The notes under the pieces were generated by a model, which saw nothing but the letters and a program-made list of their open reading frames with translations, searched no databases and was not told where the DNA came from. From the NCBI GenBank assembly GCA_964016885.1, contig OZ024743.1, forward strand, positions 201,438,001-201,502,000: a DNA stretch of 64,000 nucleotides, written 5' to 3'. Below are positions 28,715-42,764 of the stretch, one piece after another (positions within the stretch are counted from its first letter, which is position 1; each line of letters starts with the position of its first letter). A program made the position numbers and the translations under genes. This stretch comes from Eledone cirrhosa (taxonomy: Eukaryota).

Positions 28715-29200
28715 CTACCTTAGAACTACAGTATGGTTGCCTTGAAATGTTTTGAGAAAACTAAAAGTTTGGCTCTACAAGGCACACATCTGGCCAATAG
28801 TCACATATGGCTCAGAAACTTAGAATACAAGAGGCAAAGAGATGTGTGCTCTCATGGAATTCTAAACGAAATGCCTAAGAATGATGATTGGCATAGCGCC
28901 TGAACAAATGATGAACAATGGGCATATATGCAACAGATTATGAAAGGCTGAGACAATTAAACATGCTGTAATTTCAAGACAACTCAGATGGTTTGGCCAT
29001 GTAGTCAGAAGTCTTAAAGGAACAATGATCAATGTCGGCTACAGGTCAGATTCCACAAACCTGAGCCCGAGAAGGTGGTCTCTGGAGAGATGAACCAACA
29101 ACATCCGAGACCACAGCAGGATATTGCTTCTCAAAGCTAAGAAATGAGCAAGAGATTATGAACAGTAGAGAAGGGATGTTGTCTGTTGGGTTGCTAGGGG
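28715..29200 (+). mobile_element. Degenerate RTE-type LINE C-terminal fragment
   Basis: KLKVWLYKAHIWPIVTYGSET..KCLRMMIGI..RQLRWFGHVVR with stops. Confidence 0.7.
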
Positions 29201-29289
29201 AATTTGGTTCCTGAGTTGGAATAATTTTTTTCTAAGGAACTGCATTGGTCTGTACCTCCACAGACAAAGGATACAGAAAAATAAAGGTT

Positions 29290-29661
29290 TCTGATTTAGG
29301 CACAAGGAAGGGCAAGTAAATCGACCCTAGTGCATTACTGGTACTTTATGTTATCGACCTTGTAAGGATAAAAGGCAAAGCTAACGTTGGCAAGATTTGA
29401 ACTCAGGATGTAAAGAGATGTAACCCTATAATGCAAAGCATTTTGTCTGACGTTCTACATAAGAAAAATAATTGTTTCTACTTTTGGCACAAGGCCAGCA
29501 AATTACCCAATACATTACTGGTAGTTTATTTTATTGACCCCGTAAGGATGAAAGGCAAAGTTAACCTCGGCAGGATTTGAACTCAAACTATAAAGGGGCG
29601 TAACTCTTTGCTGCAAAGCATAACGTCAGACTCTCTGCCGATACTGCCAATCCACCGCCCT
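29290..29661 (-). mobile_element. Two tandem SINE family A copies
   Basis: Family core present twice; ctacataagaaaaataat duplicated around the second copy. Confidence 0.8.
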
Positions 29662-29857
29662 ACATAAGAAAAATAATGCCAACCAAAAAACAAAGCAATA
29701 ATCTATTGTGAGAAAATACATATACATCATTATCATCATCGTTTAACGTCTATTTTCTATGCTAGCATGGGTTATTGAAGAAATATATTCGTCTAAAATG
29801 CTGAAAATAGCAGGAAATATATATATATAATATATATATAATATATATATATATATA

Positions 29858-30635
29858 ACAACTAGAAATAGATTGACACATATATATATAATGCGATGTC
29901 TGTATTTTTTATAAAATGCAACACGTGGTTCGAGTCATTCACAGATTTGCATTTGATGTGTAAACGCAGATGGTTGGTTCTTCTCCTTTGGTGACCATCC
30001 AGGATTTGACCACTGAGATTTACTGGTTAATTGGTGAAATATATTTTTTATTTAAAGAAATATATACAAAGGAGATTAATCATTTTAAAAGGTATCTATA
30101 TTGGAAGTTCTAGTTAAAATTTAATTGGTTACCTACCTAGCTATGTGTGCTTAAACACTTTATAAATTATTCCCTGAGATTGCTTCATGTGTTAATTTTA
30201 TATATATATATATGTGTCAATCTATTTCTAGTTGATATAAAATGCTCGGATTTATTCATTGGAATGTTTGAGCTTATTCTGCAGTGAATATGGCGCATGT
30301 CTCTCAGACAGGACAACCTTAATTTAATTTTGGATATATATATATAAAGAAAAAAGATGAAGTTTCATTTACATGTATACATATATCTATCTATCTATCG
30401 GAATAGATCCGAGCATTTTATATCAACTAGAAATAGATTGACACATATATATATATATAAAATAAACACATGAAACAATCTCAGGGAATAATTTGTAAAG
30501 TGTTTAAGCACACATAGCTAGGTAGGTAACCAATTAAATTTTAACTAGAACTTCAAATATAGATACCTTTTAAAATGATTAATCTCCTTTGTATATATTT
30601 CTTTAAATAAAAAATATATTTCACCAATTAACCAG

Positions 30636-30636
<1 letters not shown>
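29858..30636. mobile_element. Opposite-orientation fragments (29858-30336 and 30403-30636) of the 542 bp-unit family
   Basis: Match 31599-32040 in both orientations; inserted in (TA)n. Confidence 0.75.
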
Positions 30637-30668
<32 letters not shown>

Positions 30669-31212
30669 CTCTCTCTATATATATATATAACTAAAATAAA
30701 ATCGAAATATAACAACATAATAAAAATAAATCAAAATGTAATAATTTCTACTAATCCTAAACAAAAACAACAACAAAAATATCTTCATTTATTTCATGCT
30801 CTACTTTTTTTTTGTGCCCCCATTATAAAAATCATGGACTTCAATTTATTCCAAGACACAGAGAAAGTGAATCAAGCTGAAACAATGGAATTCCTGCAGT
30901 GATTCTGTGAAAAACATAATTACACAAATAATAACAACAAAGACAATATAGTTACATCTACAATATAACATAAACACACCACTCTTGCCCCAAACAATCC
31001 TTGTGCACTATCTGAGATAATTGTAAGAAAAACAAATGCTCTATCTACATACATGCATACATCCATATTTATTTATGGATATATATATATGATAAAGTTA
31101 TATCTGTACAAATACAGAGCAGGTAACTGAAACTGCACCAATATATAATTGTTTCTACTTTGGGCACTAGACCAGCTATATATACATACATATGTGTATG
31201 TATATATATATG

Positions 31213-31266
<54 letters not shown>

Positions 31267-31598
31267 TGTATATATATATATATATATATTTTTTTTTTTT
31301 AATGATCAACTTTCGTCAAATCGGACCGAGGAAACAATGTTTCCATTGGTCTTTCCAATTGCTAATACTATCCATCGGTCGCAACTCCAGGTAGAAGGAG
31401 CAACGTGAAATAAAGTGTCTTGCTCAAGGACATAACACGTCGCCTGGTCCAGGAATTGAACTCACAACCTCACAATTGCGAATCCAATTCTCTAGCCACT
31501 CAGCCACACGCTTTATATATATATAATTATTTATATATATGTATGTATATATACGTATATATACACATATATATGTATATATATATATATATATATAT

Positions 31599-32384
31599 CC
31601 AAAATTAAATTAAGGTTGTCATGTCTGAGAGACATGCACCATATTCACTGCAGAATAAGCTCAAAGATTCCAATGAATAAATCCGAGCATTTTATATCAA
31701 CTAGAAATAGATTGACACATATATATATATAAAATAAACACATGAAACAATCTCAGGGAATAATTTATAAAGTGTGTAAGCACACATAGCTAGGTAGGTA
31801 ACTAATTAAAGTTTAACCAGAACTTCAAATATAGATACCTTTTAAAATGATTAATCTCCTTTGTATATATTTCTTTAAATAAAAAATATATTTCACCAAT
31901 TAACCAGTAAATCACAGAGGTCAAATCCTGGATGGTCACCAAAGGAGAAGATCCAACCATCTGCGTTTACACAGCAAATGCAAATCTGTGAATGACTCGA
32001 ATCACGTGTTGCATTTTATAAAAAATACAGACATCGCACCGCGTCATCCCAGTGGCGTGAATAGGATTATCGACAGCTAGAAATAGCAACCAAGTCTATT
32101 CAACTGAATTAGCTCTACAATCAAGGGGCCGTATATATATCCAAAATTAAATTAAGGTTGTCATGTCTGAGAGACATGCGCCATATTCACTGCAGAATAA
32201 GCTCAAACCTTCCAATGAATAGATCCGAGCATTTTATATCAACTAGAAATAGATTGACACATATATATTATAAAATAAACACATGAAACAATCTCAGGGA
32301 ATAATTTGTAAAGTGTGTTAATTGGTGAAATATATTTTTTATTTAAATATATACAAAGGAGATTAATAATAATTTTAAAAGGTA
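31599..32384. mobile_element. Non-coding element: 542 bp unit, partial tandem copy (32141-32319) and inverted end (32317-32384)
   Basis: ccaaaattaaattaaggttgtc at 31599 and 32141; the terminal piece is the reverse complement of ~31837-31903. Confidence 0.75.
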
Positions 32385-32442
32385 AGCAGGTGTTTGGAGT
32401 ATAACATACAAGGAGCTTACATAAAGTTATGATGAAAGAAGT

Positions 32443-32660
32443 TTAGATAAATGTCATCATCATTATTAGTAGGTTCCCACAACTCATGCAGCATGTTGTA
32501 GGTGTTACTCTAGACATTTTCACAGTCAGAAGTCCACGCTGGTCTCTATCCTCCATCAGATACATGTGGTGTTGTGACCTGTACAGACCTGTACAGTCCT
32601 TAATGCTGTTGGACCAAGAATTTCTTTGCCTGATAAATGCAGATACTTTAAAACAAACAG
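32443..32660 (-). mobile_element. Degenerate RTE 3' coding end
   Basis: RQRNSWSNSIKDCTGL..MEDRDQR resembles an RTE C-terminus. Confidence 0.45.
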
Positions 32661-33226
32661 TTTGTATCAAAGAACCAGGAGCAGTTTAACACACATTAGT
32701 ATCAAAAGGGCTAATCTTCTACTGGTGTTTTTATTCAATAGATTATGTTCTAGTTCTAAAAAAACATTTGGCCTTGCATTTCGCGAAGCAACAAAAAACA
32801 GCAAACGAAAACGAAAAAAAAAAATGCTTTGTTCTAAACATAAAGATAATGACATTTCGTGTTCTATTTTTTTGTGTTTTTTTAATAAATTTCTTTTGAA
32901 ATATACCAAAGAGTCTGATATACTTTTGTTACGAGCACTTAAATATATCTAATAGTTAAAATTAAATCTTCAAAAACCTCTTCTGACAGAACTTGATATT
33001 AAATTTCGTTATCTAAGAATATTTCCTTATAAAATGCAATTAGTTAACCCACAAAAATGCAGAAAATATTGTTAAAATAAATATAGGATTATATGAGCTA
33101 CATTGCATTGCATTTATATTAAGTTTAGAAAGATACCTTCTTCTGTTCTGTCTAAGAAGAATTTTGAAATGTTTGGTTTGGAGAAGTTTCAAAATCCTTC
33201 AATTAAAATACAAACCTTAATATTTC

Positions 33227-33269
<43 letters not shown>

Positions 33270-33281
33270 CATATGTGTATG

Positions 33282-33348
<67 letters not shown>

Positions 33349-33355
33349 ATATGTG

Positions 33356-33420
<65 letters not shown>

Positions 33421-34159
33421 ATGTATGTATATATTTCTAATAATTTGAAATGGATTTTAAATAAATGTAATTTTCCTTGAATATGCCTTTTATTAGATCT
33501 GTCAAATATTCAACAATTTATTGAATTAAACATATATTTCAAAAGCTGTAACTGCAAATGGAAATGACAAATACATAAAATATATATAGAGAGTTGTGTT
33601 TGGTTTTATAACTTAAGCATTTCCAAAGTCCTGCTTGGAGTGATAGTCTAATAAATAATTAAGGTTTGGCTTGGGGAATATTATCTCATAAAAGAAATTA
33701 ACAAAATACTATATGTGTTTTCGAAAACAATAAAAAATTTTTAACGAGAATGAGTGTCTGGTTAAGTTGAATTTATTATAAGACCTGGACAGGAAGGTAA
33801 ATATTCATAAATACAAGCATACATATGAATTTATACATAATGATGGATACACATGTTGAATTTATACATAATGTTGGATACACATGTGTTTGAGTGTGTG
33901 AGCATAAATCTAAGTATGTATGTGTTTGCATGTTTTTGTGTGCACTAGTGTGCAATATGTATGAATACATATAAATATAATACAGAGATTCTAAAATGCT
34001 GTAGATTAAACATGCATTAATTATAGTTTACATGTTGAGTGATAGGGGAAGGGAGCCTGAATATTTTACAGAATTGAAAGTGGAAAATAATTAATCTGAT
34101 TGGTCAAATATGTATGAATAGAATTTAAGATTTTGCAATTGTAGAAACCTGCCTGAAAT

Positions 34160-34465
34160 CCTGTCTCCCAAAAATGTATACACACTTCAACAGCGTTATA
34201 ATTGTTTCTACTTTTGGCACAAGGCCAGCAATTCACCAGTGCATTACTGGTTCTTTATTTTATCGACCCCGTAAGGATGAAAGGCAAAGTTAACCTCGGC
34301 GGGATTTGAACTCAGAATGGCAAGGGCCGTAACCCTCTACGTCAAAGCATGGCATCCGACCCTCTACTGATACTGCCAATCCACCAACCTTACAATGAAA
34401 GTGTGTATACATCCAACAGCCTTATAATTAAAGTGTGTATACATTATTTTGGGATACCCTGTATA
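34160..34465. mobile_element. Tc1/mariner-like MITE interrupted by a SINE family A copy (34199-34390, minus strand)
   Basis: Ends in gataccctgta; inner atgtatacacactt inverted repeat; related left end tacagggtgtcc at 61842. Confidence 0.5.
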
Positions 34466-34957
34466 TATAATGGCCAAATAGTGAAGAAGTTTGCTTCGCA
34501 ATCATTAAGTCCTGGGTTTGATGCCATTGTAAGGCACCATGAGCAAATGTCATTCACTATAGCCTTTGGTCAAGCAATGCATTTTGAGTGAAATTGGATA
34601 GATGGAAACTCTATAGAAGTTTGTCAGATGGTCAGTGTTTGTAGTGCCAGTCTATTCACACAGTATGTAATGTTGATTCTCCCTGAGAATTATGTTAAAG
34701 GCATATGTGTATGTAGAATGCTCAGCCACTTATATGTTAATTTTATGAGCATACTGTTCCTCTGATCATAGATGGCAGTTCATTCTGTAATATGTTAGCA
34801 GTAAAGTGGTTGCTATTGATGCTATTGAGAAGAGTATCCAGTTTCACACTGTATGTAGACAAAATGTATGATACTCCAATCCTTCCAGCCAATCCTAGCA
34901 CGGAAAAACTGAAGTAAAATGATAATGATGTTGATGATATAAGTGCATCTCTCTCTC

Positions 34958-35058
<101 letters not shown>

Positions 35059-35259
35059 ATACTTGGGGAGGGTCATATTTGTGTAATATTGCCAGAATTA
35101 ATAACAGAACACACTCACTGTTTGGTTGATTTTCGCTTTTCGCTTCTGTGTCTTTTATATCGGTAATCTAATTTATTCGGTCCTCAATGTTGCCATTGAC
35201 TGACCGACGGTCAAAAATAATACAAATACAATATAGACACAAACACATATATATAGTTT

Positions 35260-35301
35260 ATCAAAGTTCTTTCGTTGTACATCTGCAACATCGTCAGTGG
35301 T
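35260..35301 (-). ncRNA. Minimal hammerhead ribozyme motif
   Basis: ACCA-CUGACGA-U-GUUGCA GAUG UACAAC-GAAA-GAAC-UU-UGAU; one mismatch each in stems I and II. Confidence 0.55.
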
Positions 35302-35561
35302 GCTATTGTTTCCTCCCGTTACATTGTATGTCTACGCCATTTTTATTTAGTCTGTATATATATTTATTTATTTATTTATTTGTTTGTTTGTTTATTTTAT
35401 TTTGTCTTCTTTGCGCATGCGTTTGCGTGTGTGTATAGTGTTTTGTTTGATGTGTGTTCGTGATTGGGTGACTGTGTATCGGTTAATGTATTCTATCTTT
35501 ACTAGTGTGTGTTTATATGTGTTTGTTGTTATTGTGCTTGTGTATGTATTTATTTATTTAT

Positions 35562-35744
35562 TTATACTTCTCTTAGGTCAGTGTTGTTTGTTTGGGTGTT
35601 GTTATTATTCCATTCATTCTTTCTGTTTAGTCTTGGCCTTCTAAGTTCTATTTCACTGGCCTCTCTGATTTGCCTATCTGCTGGGTCATTTCTATGTTTA
35701 GATATTATTCTAATTTCTATGTTGTCTATGTTACCGTCGTGTTG
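35562..35744 (-). pseudogene. GIY-YIG endonuclease C-terminal fragment
   Basis: [46 protein letters not shown] aligns with EHKGKLENIEIKIESTHRKDAMFRQITEAIIIKELQPKLNRKYEWN at 42003-42272. Confidence 0.8.
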
Positions 35745-35759
35745 TTGTATTTATATATA

Positions 35760-35844
<85 letters not shown>

Positions 35845-35865
35845 ATATATATATATATATATATA

Positions 35866-36681
35866 TAAAGAATTAATATCTAGTAACATATATATACATA
35901 CAGATGCATATCAATGCTAGCAAATATATAGGTTTTGTCTTAGTAACTTTGTGGTTCAATGCATGGGGTTGCAGAACAATAATATGAGAGACGTAAAATA
36001 AGAAAATTATAAAATTAACTTACTTACTAAAATATCACTTCCAACTAATTAGTTTCTGGAATGGAATAAATATATTTTCCGAAGAAAACAGAAAGAATCA
36101 TTCCGTCGTCAGGGAAGACTATTCTCATCTAAGTATCCAGGCAAAGCGTGGACTCTGGAAACTTATTAAAAAATAATTCAGTGGATAGAAAATAGCAAAG
36201 CGTGGACTGAATTCCTAGCCATTGAGAAAATCACTGCCTCTGCGTCGGTGGCAAATTCAAAAAGAATCAATCACGTGACATCGAGGTCAATCAGTGGAAA
36301 GTGGTTTGCTAATAAGACAGCGGCCTGCCTGCTACCATAGCAGCAGTCATGGCCAATATTGCTTGACAAATAATTTGGAGATAATTATAAAGAATTAATA
36401 TCTAGTAACATATATATACATACAGATGCATATCAATGCTAGCAAATATATAGGTTTTGTCTTAGTAACTTTGTGGTTCAATGCATGGGGTTGCAGAACA
36501 ATAATATGAGAGACGTAAAATAAAAAAAATTATAAAATTAACTTACTTACTAAAATATCACTTCCAACTAATGATTCTCTATGTTTTCTTCGGAAAATAT
36601 ATTTATTCCATTCCAGAAACTAATTAGTTGGAAGTGATATGTAAGTAAGTTAATTTTATAATTTTCTTATTTTACGTCTCA
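35866..36681 (-). mobile_element. Non-coding PLE/retrozyme-like element: 520 bp unit, partial tandem copy and inverted end
   Basis: 35866-36050 is repeated at 36386-36570; 36571-36681 is the reverse complement of ~35990-36101; HHR-like core on the minus strand at ~36063-36116. Confidence 0.7.
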
Positions 36682-37039
36682 CATATATATATATATATAT
36701 ATATATAAACAAAAGTAACTGGTTGAAAGATCAAAACTGGTAGAGTTATGCTAAGAATTTTTAAGCTCAATGTGTTTCTACAATCTGCAAATAGAACAAA
36801 ATTTCATCCACAGTGCAATCCCTGGTCAAATAAATCCAGGATATTACATTAGTGCAGCAACACAGAGCATTTAAATAGTAAGTCCCAGAGTTTAGAAGGA
36901 ATTTAAGACAATTTTATTCATCTTACATGCATTTCTATAGCTGCTCTATGTATGTGTGGCCAGCAAACCTGAAACACTTCACCCCATCGGCTGTACCATA
37001 GACCCCTTACCACATGCCACTCTTGCTTCTTTTTCTCCA

Positions 37040-37900
37040 TGTATGTGGATGATATACTCATGCTCATTTATTGTCTGATGAAGCTGTCAAATTATAGATA
37101 ATTTCAACAATATTGTTGACTACATAAACTTCAAATTTGAACACTCAGATATCATTGGGTTCTTCTCTCAGCTCGACTTAACACAAAGAATCACAGAGAA
37201 GGGTTCCATATACACCAAATTTTATAAAACGGAAACCTGGAGGAACATATTTGTGTACCGTAATTTTGCCCCACCCAGCAGAGCCAGAATTGCTTACGTA
37301 CAAAATTAGATCTCCTGGATACACCCCAGATGCAGTGAGACTAGTGACAAAAACTCCCACACAAAAGATTTCCAAAAAGTTCTCATTGAAAATGACTACT
37401 TAGCTTCTCTTACTAAACACCAGGATATAAACACACTGCCAAGGAGAGCATGCACCTCTAGTGATAGCATATGTTATCTAAAAGTGTTGCTTTTCAATGA
37501 AAGAACTACTGCTGATATATATCAAGCTATCCCTAGGAAAAATCTAAACATGTCACTAGCACACTCAAGACCTTCTCCGCAGATAATTTTCTCAAAAACC
37601 TGACCAACATACACCAACAATAGATGCAGACTTCCTAACTGTCCCATCGACAATTTGGAATTGTGCATAAGATCATATGTGGTTTCCAAGGTCACCTGCA
37701 AAGCATGTGGTAGCTTATACATTGGAAACACTGGAAGCTACACATAGGCATTAAAGAACACAGGGCGACAAGTGCTTCCTCTATCAAAAATAATTACTTA
37801 GAGATATGCCACACCTGAGATATTGAGGTTACCATAGAAGGCACCTAGATGAATGTGGGTAATTTTCAGTTAAAAGAGGCTAATCCTATCAACATACATA
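37040..37900 (+). pseudogene. Highly degenerate Penelope RT to GIY-YIG region
   Basis: YVDDIL at ~37041; CRLPNCPIDNLELCIRSYVVSKVTCKACGSLYIGNTG..IKEHR; many stops and frameshifts. Confidence 0.65.
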
Positions 37901-37908
37901 CAACCAAA

Positions 37909-38115
37909 ATTGTTTCTACTATAAGCAGAAGGCCAGCAATTTTGGGTGAGGGGAAAGTCAATTACATCAACCCCAGTGCATTATTTTATTGGCCCAATAA
38001 GGATAAAAGGCAAAGCTAACATCGGCAGGATTTGAACTCAGATAGTAAAGGGGCATAACCCTATGCCATAAAGCATGGTGTCTGAAGCTCTACCGATACT
38101 GCCAATCCACCGCCC
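37909..38115 (-). mobile_element. SINE family A
   Basis: Family core and ends. Confidence 0.75.
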
Positions 38116-38478
38116 AAAATTAACAACAGATCTGGGCAATATGGAGCAGCTTGTTCTTTGTTCCTCATTTAAAAAGGAGGTTATAACCTTGAAATATTGT
38201 GAAATATATGAGGTAAAACTATTGTTTTATTTTGTCATTCTAATTTTACCCTACTCTAGTTCCATCTTGATATTTCCTATTCACATTGTACAGGCTTTCC
38301 CAAAGCTTATCTTATTATAAATATGTGTGTATACATGTATGTATGTGCAGTACAAATCAATAAAACTATGAATATTATATATAAACACATAAACATGCAT
38401 ATATATACACATAAACACGCATATATATACACATACATACATATACATATATATACATATATATATATATATGTATAC

Positions 38479-38536
<58 letters not shown>

Positions 38537-38554
38537 ATATATATATATTTGTAT

Positions 38555-38586
<32 letters not shown>

Positions 38587-38915
38587 CATCATCATCATCA
38601 TCATCACCGTTTTACGTCCGTTCTTCCACGCTAGCATGGGTTAGACGGGATATATATATATATATATAGTTATGTAATAAACAACATCAGGCAATTATTC
38701 CATTTACCAGTGGCTTCTTAAAAGCAAAAGATTTTGCTTTCAATCCTCAGAATGAAAAAATCCTGGTCTGTTTATTGAATTTGGATTTTAAAAACAAAAA
38801 TGCAATCTATATGAAAGTGAGGCTGGAGAAGGAAGAAGGAAAGGAAAAATAAAATAAAACTACACATGCAAACACACACACAAAAACACGCACACTCACA
38901 CACAAAAGCATACAT

Positions 38916-39004
<89 letters not shown>

Positions 39005-39229
39005 TATATACATATACATACACTCATACACACACATATATACACACATATATATGTGTATATAAATACACACAAACACATACATATACACATATATACA
39101 TACGCATATAAATATCAACACATCCATACATACACATACATATATACAACCACACACACATATATACACACATACATACACATAGAAACATAAATATAAA
39201 TACATATACATACACACATATACATACAT

Positions 39230-39263
<34 letters not shown>

Positions 39264-39810
39264 ATATATGTGTGTACAAGCATACACATACACAAACATA
39301 GCCATACACACATACATATACATACATACATACACATACATAAATGCACTCCTCTACATATTCACACACGCAAATAAATATAAGAATATATATATATATA
39401 TATATAAAAAAAAATGTTTGACAGCGATACAAACTGCAGGTAACTGGACAGACACGGGTGGTAAGTAATACACACAAATGCACGTATACATACATACAAA
39501 ATAGTAAATACATACACACACTCTCGCACATAAATATACATATACAAATACATAAACACATACATACACATACACAAATACATGCACAAACACGCACACG
39601 CACACGTATACAATTATACACACACATATACACACACACATGTATATGTAATTATATACACATACATATATATATATATATATACATAAATATAAAAATA
39701 CACACACACACATATGTATACATACACACACACATATACATACATAGCTATACAATTATACACATACAAATACATACATATCATAAACACGCACAACCAA
39801 ATACAAAAAC

Positions 39811-39847
<37 letters not shown>

Positions 39848-40091
39848 CATACACGTACATACACATATACATGTATGTGTGTGTAAAACTCAGTCTTAGA
39901 TAATTCATATGGACCTTACATATATATAGTAGTAAGGTAATAAAGTAATAAGCAACATAAAGCAATTATTCTATTCACCAGTGGTTTCTTAAAGGCAAAA
40001 AATGTTTCCTTCAATCTTCAGAATGAAAAAGCCTGGTCTATCTACATATACATACATATACACACACAAATATATATATATATATATACAC

Positions 40092-40140
<49 letters not shown>

Positions 40141-40493
40141 AATATACATACACATACACATAGGTATGTGAAGGGCAAGGCAAAAAGAATATATGGGGGG
40201 GGGGGGGGGGGCATAGAAAAAGGTGAAATATAAGGGGAGGTAAGGGAGAAAAAAAATATATACAAGAGTACAGAACGTAGATTCAGCAAAATAAAAACCG
40301 TAGCAGAAGTAAAGAGCAGGGAAGGAGTTCAAGGCGGTTGATTTATCATAGGAGTGTCAATCCAGTTACAGATCAGATGCGATTTCAGATGAGGACAGCA
40401 TCTGAAGATCTCAGTCTTTGAGTTAAGGCAAGCGGAAGAGGCTCTCAAGTTTAGCAAAATCCTATACTTTTCTGTGGTACACAAAGAACAATT

Positions 40494-40582
<89 letters not shown>

Positions 40583-40666
40583 CATCATCATCATCATCAT
40601 CATATATATATATATATATATATATATCGTTTAACGTCCGTGTTCCACGCTTGCATGGGTTATATA

Positions 40667-40720
<54 letters not shown>

Positions 40721-40722
40721 AA

Positions 40723-41061
40723 TGGAGGCACATGGCTTAGTGGTTAGAGCATTAGGCTTGCAATCGAAAGGTTGTGAGTTCAATTCTCAGACCAGGTGAT
40801 GTGTTGTTTCCTTGAGCAAGACACTTTATTTTACATTACTCCAGTTTACTCAGCTGTAGAAATGAGATGATAGGGACTGGTGTCCCTATAATTCCACTAC
40901 AAAGTGGTCGTGGAGGTGCCATGGCAAAAAAGCACCCAGCACTCACTGTAAATGAGGTTGGTGTTAGGAAGGGCATCGAGCTGTAGAAATCAAGCCAAAA
41001 GTCAGTTACCGTCCCACCCTTGCAAGCAGGGAAAAAGCGGACGTAAAATGAAATGATGATG
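40723..41061 (+). mobile_element. tRNA-derived SINE family B with RTE 3' tail
   Basis: A box tggcttagtgg, B box gagttcaattc, ccttgagcaagacacttt core, ggaagggcatc module, RTE tail and (ATG)n. Confidence 0.88.
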
Positions 41062-41097
<36 letters not shown>

Positions 41098-41112
41098 GAA
41101 TACATATATATA

Positions 41113-41548
41113 TAAATTTTGAGTATATGTTGGTTGTTTACCGACACCTCAGTATGCAGACTGGAGCACTCGACGAAGTACGCAGGTTGGTTTGTTTACT
41201 CCGGAGTAATGTAAAATAATTAAGTCAAATATGTAAAATTTGGCTTCGTTTATTATAAATTGTAGATATACTGCTATATATATTTTGGTGACAACCATCA
41301 TTGGCTGTGACCTCTTCATAGATTCCAGTTCCTAAGAGAAATAACAACACTACCAGGAGCTGGACATATCGATGGATTGACGGAGTAAAACACACTTCAA
41401 CAACATGTGTACCTGTCCTTCCAACACCAATTAGGACTGCCTGGAGAGGTCACAGCCAATGATGGTTGTCACGGAAATATATATAGCAGTATATATATAA
41501 TTTGTAATAGACGAAGACAAATTTTACATATTTGACTTAATTATTTTT
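41113..41548 (-). mobile_element. Foldback HHR element, family HH2: tail 41113-41209, arms 41210-41317 and 41445-41548
   Basis: Inverted arms each containing an HHR motif; (TA)n flanks. Confidence 0.75.
41436..41490 (+). ncRNA. Type I hammerhead ribozyme motif with one core substitution
   Basis: ACUGC-CUGGAGA-stem II (ACAGCCA AUGA UGGUUGU)-GAAA-UAUAUA-UA-GCAGU; the opposite arm has UGAAGA. Confidence 0.65.
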
Positions 41549-41757
41549 TATATATATATATATATATTTCGTATCTGAATTTGTTTAGCAAGATTCTTTA
41601 TCTGAAATCGTGTGTTGAAACCGATATTGTTATACTTTGGGAGGGTCATGTTTCCAATAAGAAACACATGCACCAGTTGCTTTCACTTCAATTTATTATA
41701 TATTTATAAATTTCTGGTTGGTTGGTTGGTTCCACAACCAGATAGTTGTTTATATAT

Positions 41758-41802
41758 AGTCATAGTTCTTTCGTCACACACTCTGTGACCTCTTCAGTGA
41801 CT
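41758..41802 (-). ncRNA. Minimal type I hammerhead ribozyme
   Basis: Reverse complement of 42720-42764. Confidence 0.7.
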
Positions 41803-42002
41803 GGGGATTCCTTTCTTTGTTTCTGTGCCTCTCCTTTGTTCTGTCCTACGCCATTTTGTTTCTGTGTGTGTGTTGTGTGCTCAGTCTGCGCATGTGCCAC
41901 ATCCGGGTGTCTGTGTGTGTTTATGTTCATTTATCTATTTGTTTATTTACATGTTACTGGTTGGTTGTTTGTTCTATGTGTGTGTGTGTTTTCATTTTGT
42001 CC

Positions 42003-42272
42003 TTAATTGTAAGTTGTGATGTTGCTGTTCCACTCATATTTTCTATTTAATTTTGGTTGTAATTCTTTTATGATTATTGCCTCTGTAATTTGTCTAAACA
42101 TTGCGTCTTTTCTGTGTGTAGATTCTATTTTTATTTCTATGTTCTCTAATTTACCCTTGTGTTCTATCTTAGCATGTTGGTAGAGTACAGATGATTCTTT
42201 ATTATCTTGAAGGTCTCGCCAGTGTTCATTTATCCGTTCCCCTACACTACGAGCTGTCTCACCTATGTACAC
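42003..42272 (-). pseudogene. Penelope GIY-YIG endonuclease C-terminal fragment (mirror copy at 42265-42519, plus strand)
   Basis: YIGETARSVGERINEH..H....H..RQITEAIII..LN. Confidence 0.88.
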
Positions 42273-42719
42273 TAGTGTAGGGGAACGGATAAATGAACAC
42301 TGGCGAGACCTTCAAGATAATAAAGAATCATCTGTACTCTACCAACGTGCTAAGATAGAACACAAGGGTAAATTAGAGAACATAGAAATAAAAATAGAAT
42401 CTACACACAGAAAAGACGCAATGTTTAGACAAATTACAGAGGCAATAAACATAAAAGAATTACAACCAAAATTAAATAGAAAATATGAGTGGAACAGCAA
42501 CATCACAACTTACAATTAAGGACAAAATGAAAACACACACACACATAGAACAAACAACCAACCAGTAACATGTAAATAAGCAAATAGATAAATGAACATA
42601 AACACACACAGACACCCGGATGTGGCGCATGCGCAGACTGAGCACACAACACACACACAGAAACAAAATGGCGTAGGACAGAACAAAGGAGAGGCACAGA
42701 AACAAAGAAAGGAATCCCC

Positions 42720-42764
42720 AGTCACTGAAGAGGTCACAGAGTGTGTGACGAAAGAACTATGACT
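42720..42764 (+). ncRNA. Minimal type I hammerhead ribozyme
   Basis: AGUCA-CUGAAGA-G-GUCACA GAGUG UGUGAC-GAAA-GAAC-UA-UGACU. Confidence 0.7.

Noticed and set aside
40280-40480. Possible CR1/L2 remnant (also 26200-26560)
   Set aside because: Too degenerate to support by eye.
40723-40800. tRNA gene
   Set aside because: It is the tRNA-derived head of multi-copy SINE-B and continues into the SINE body.
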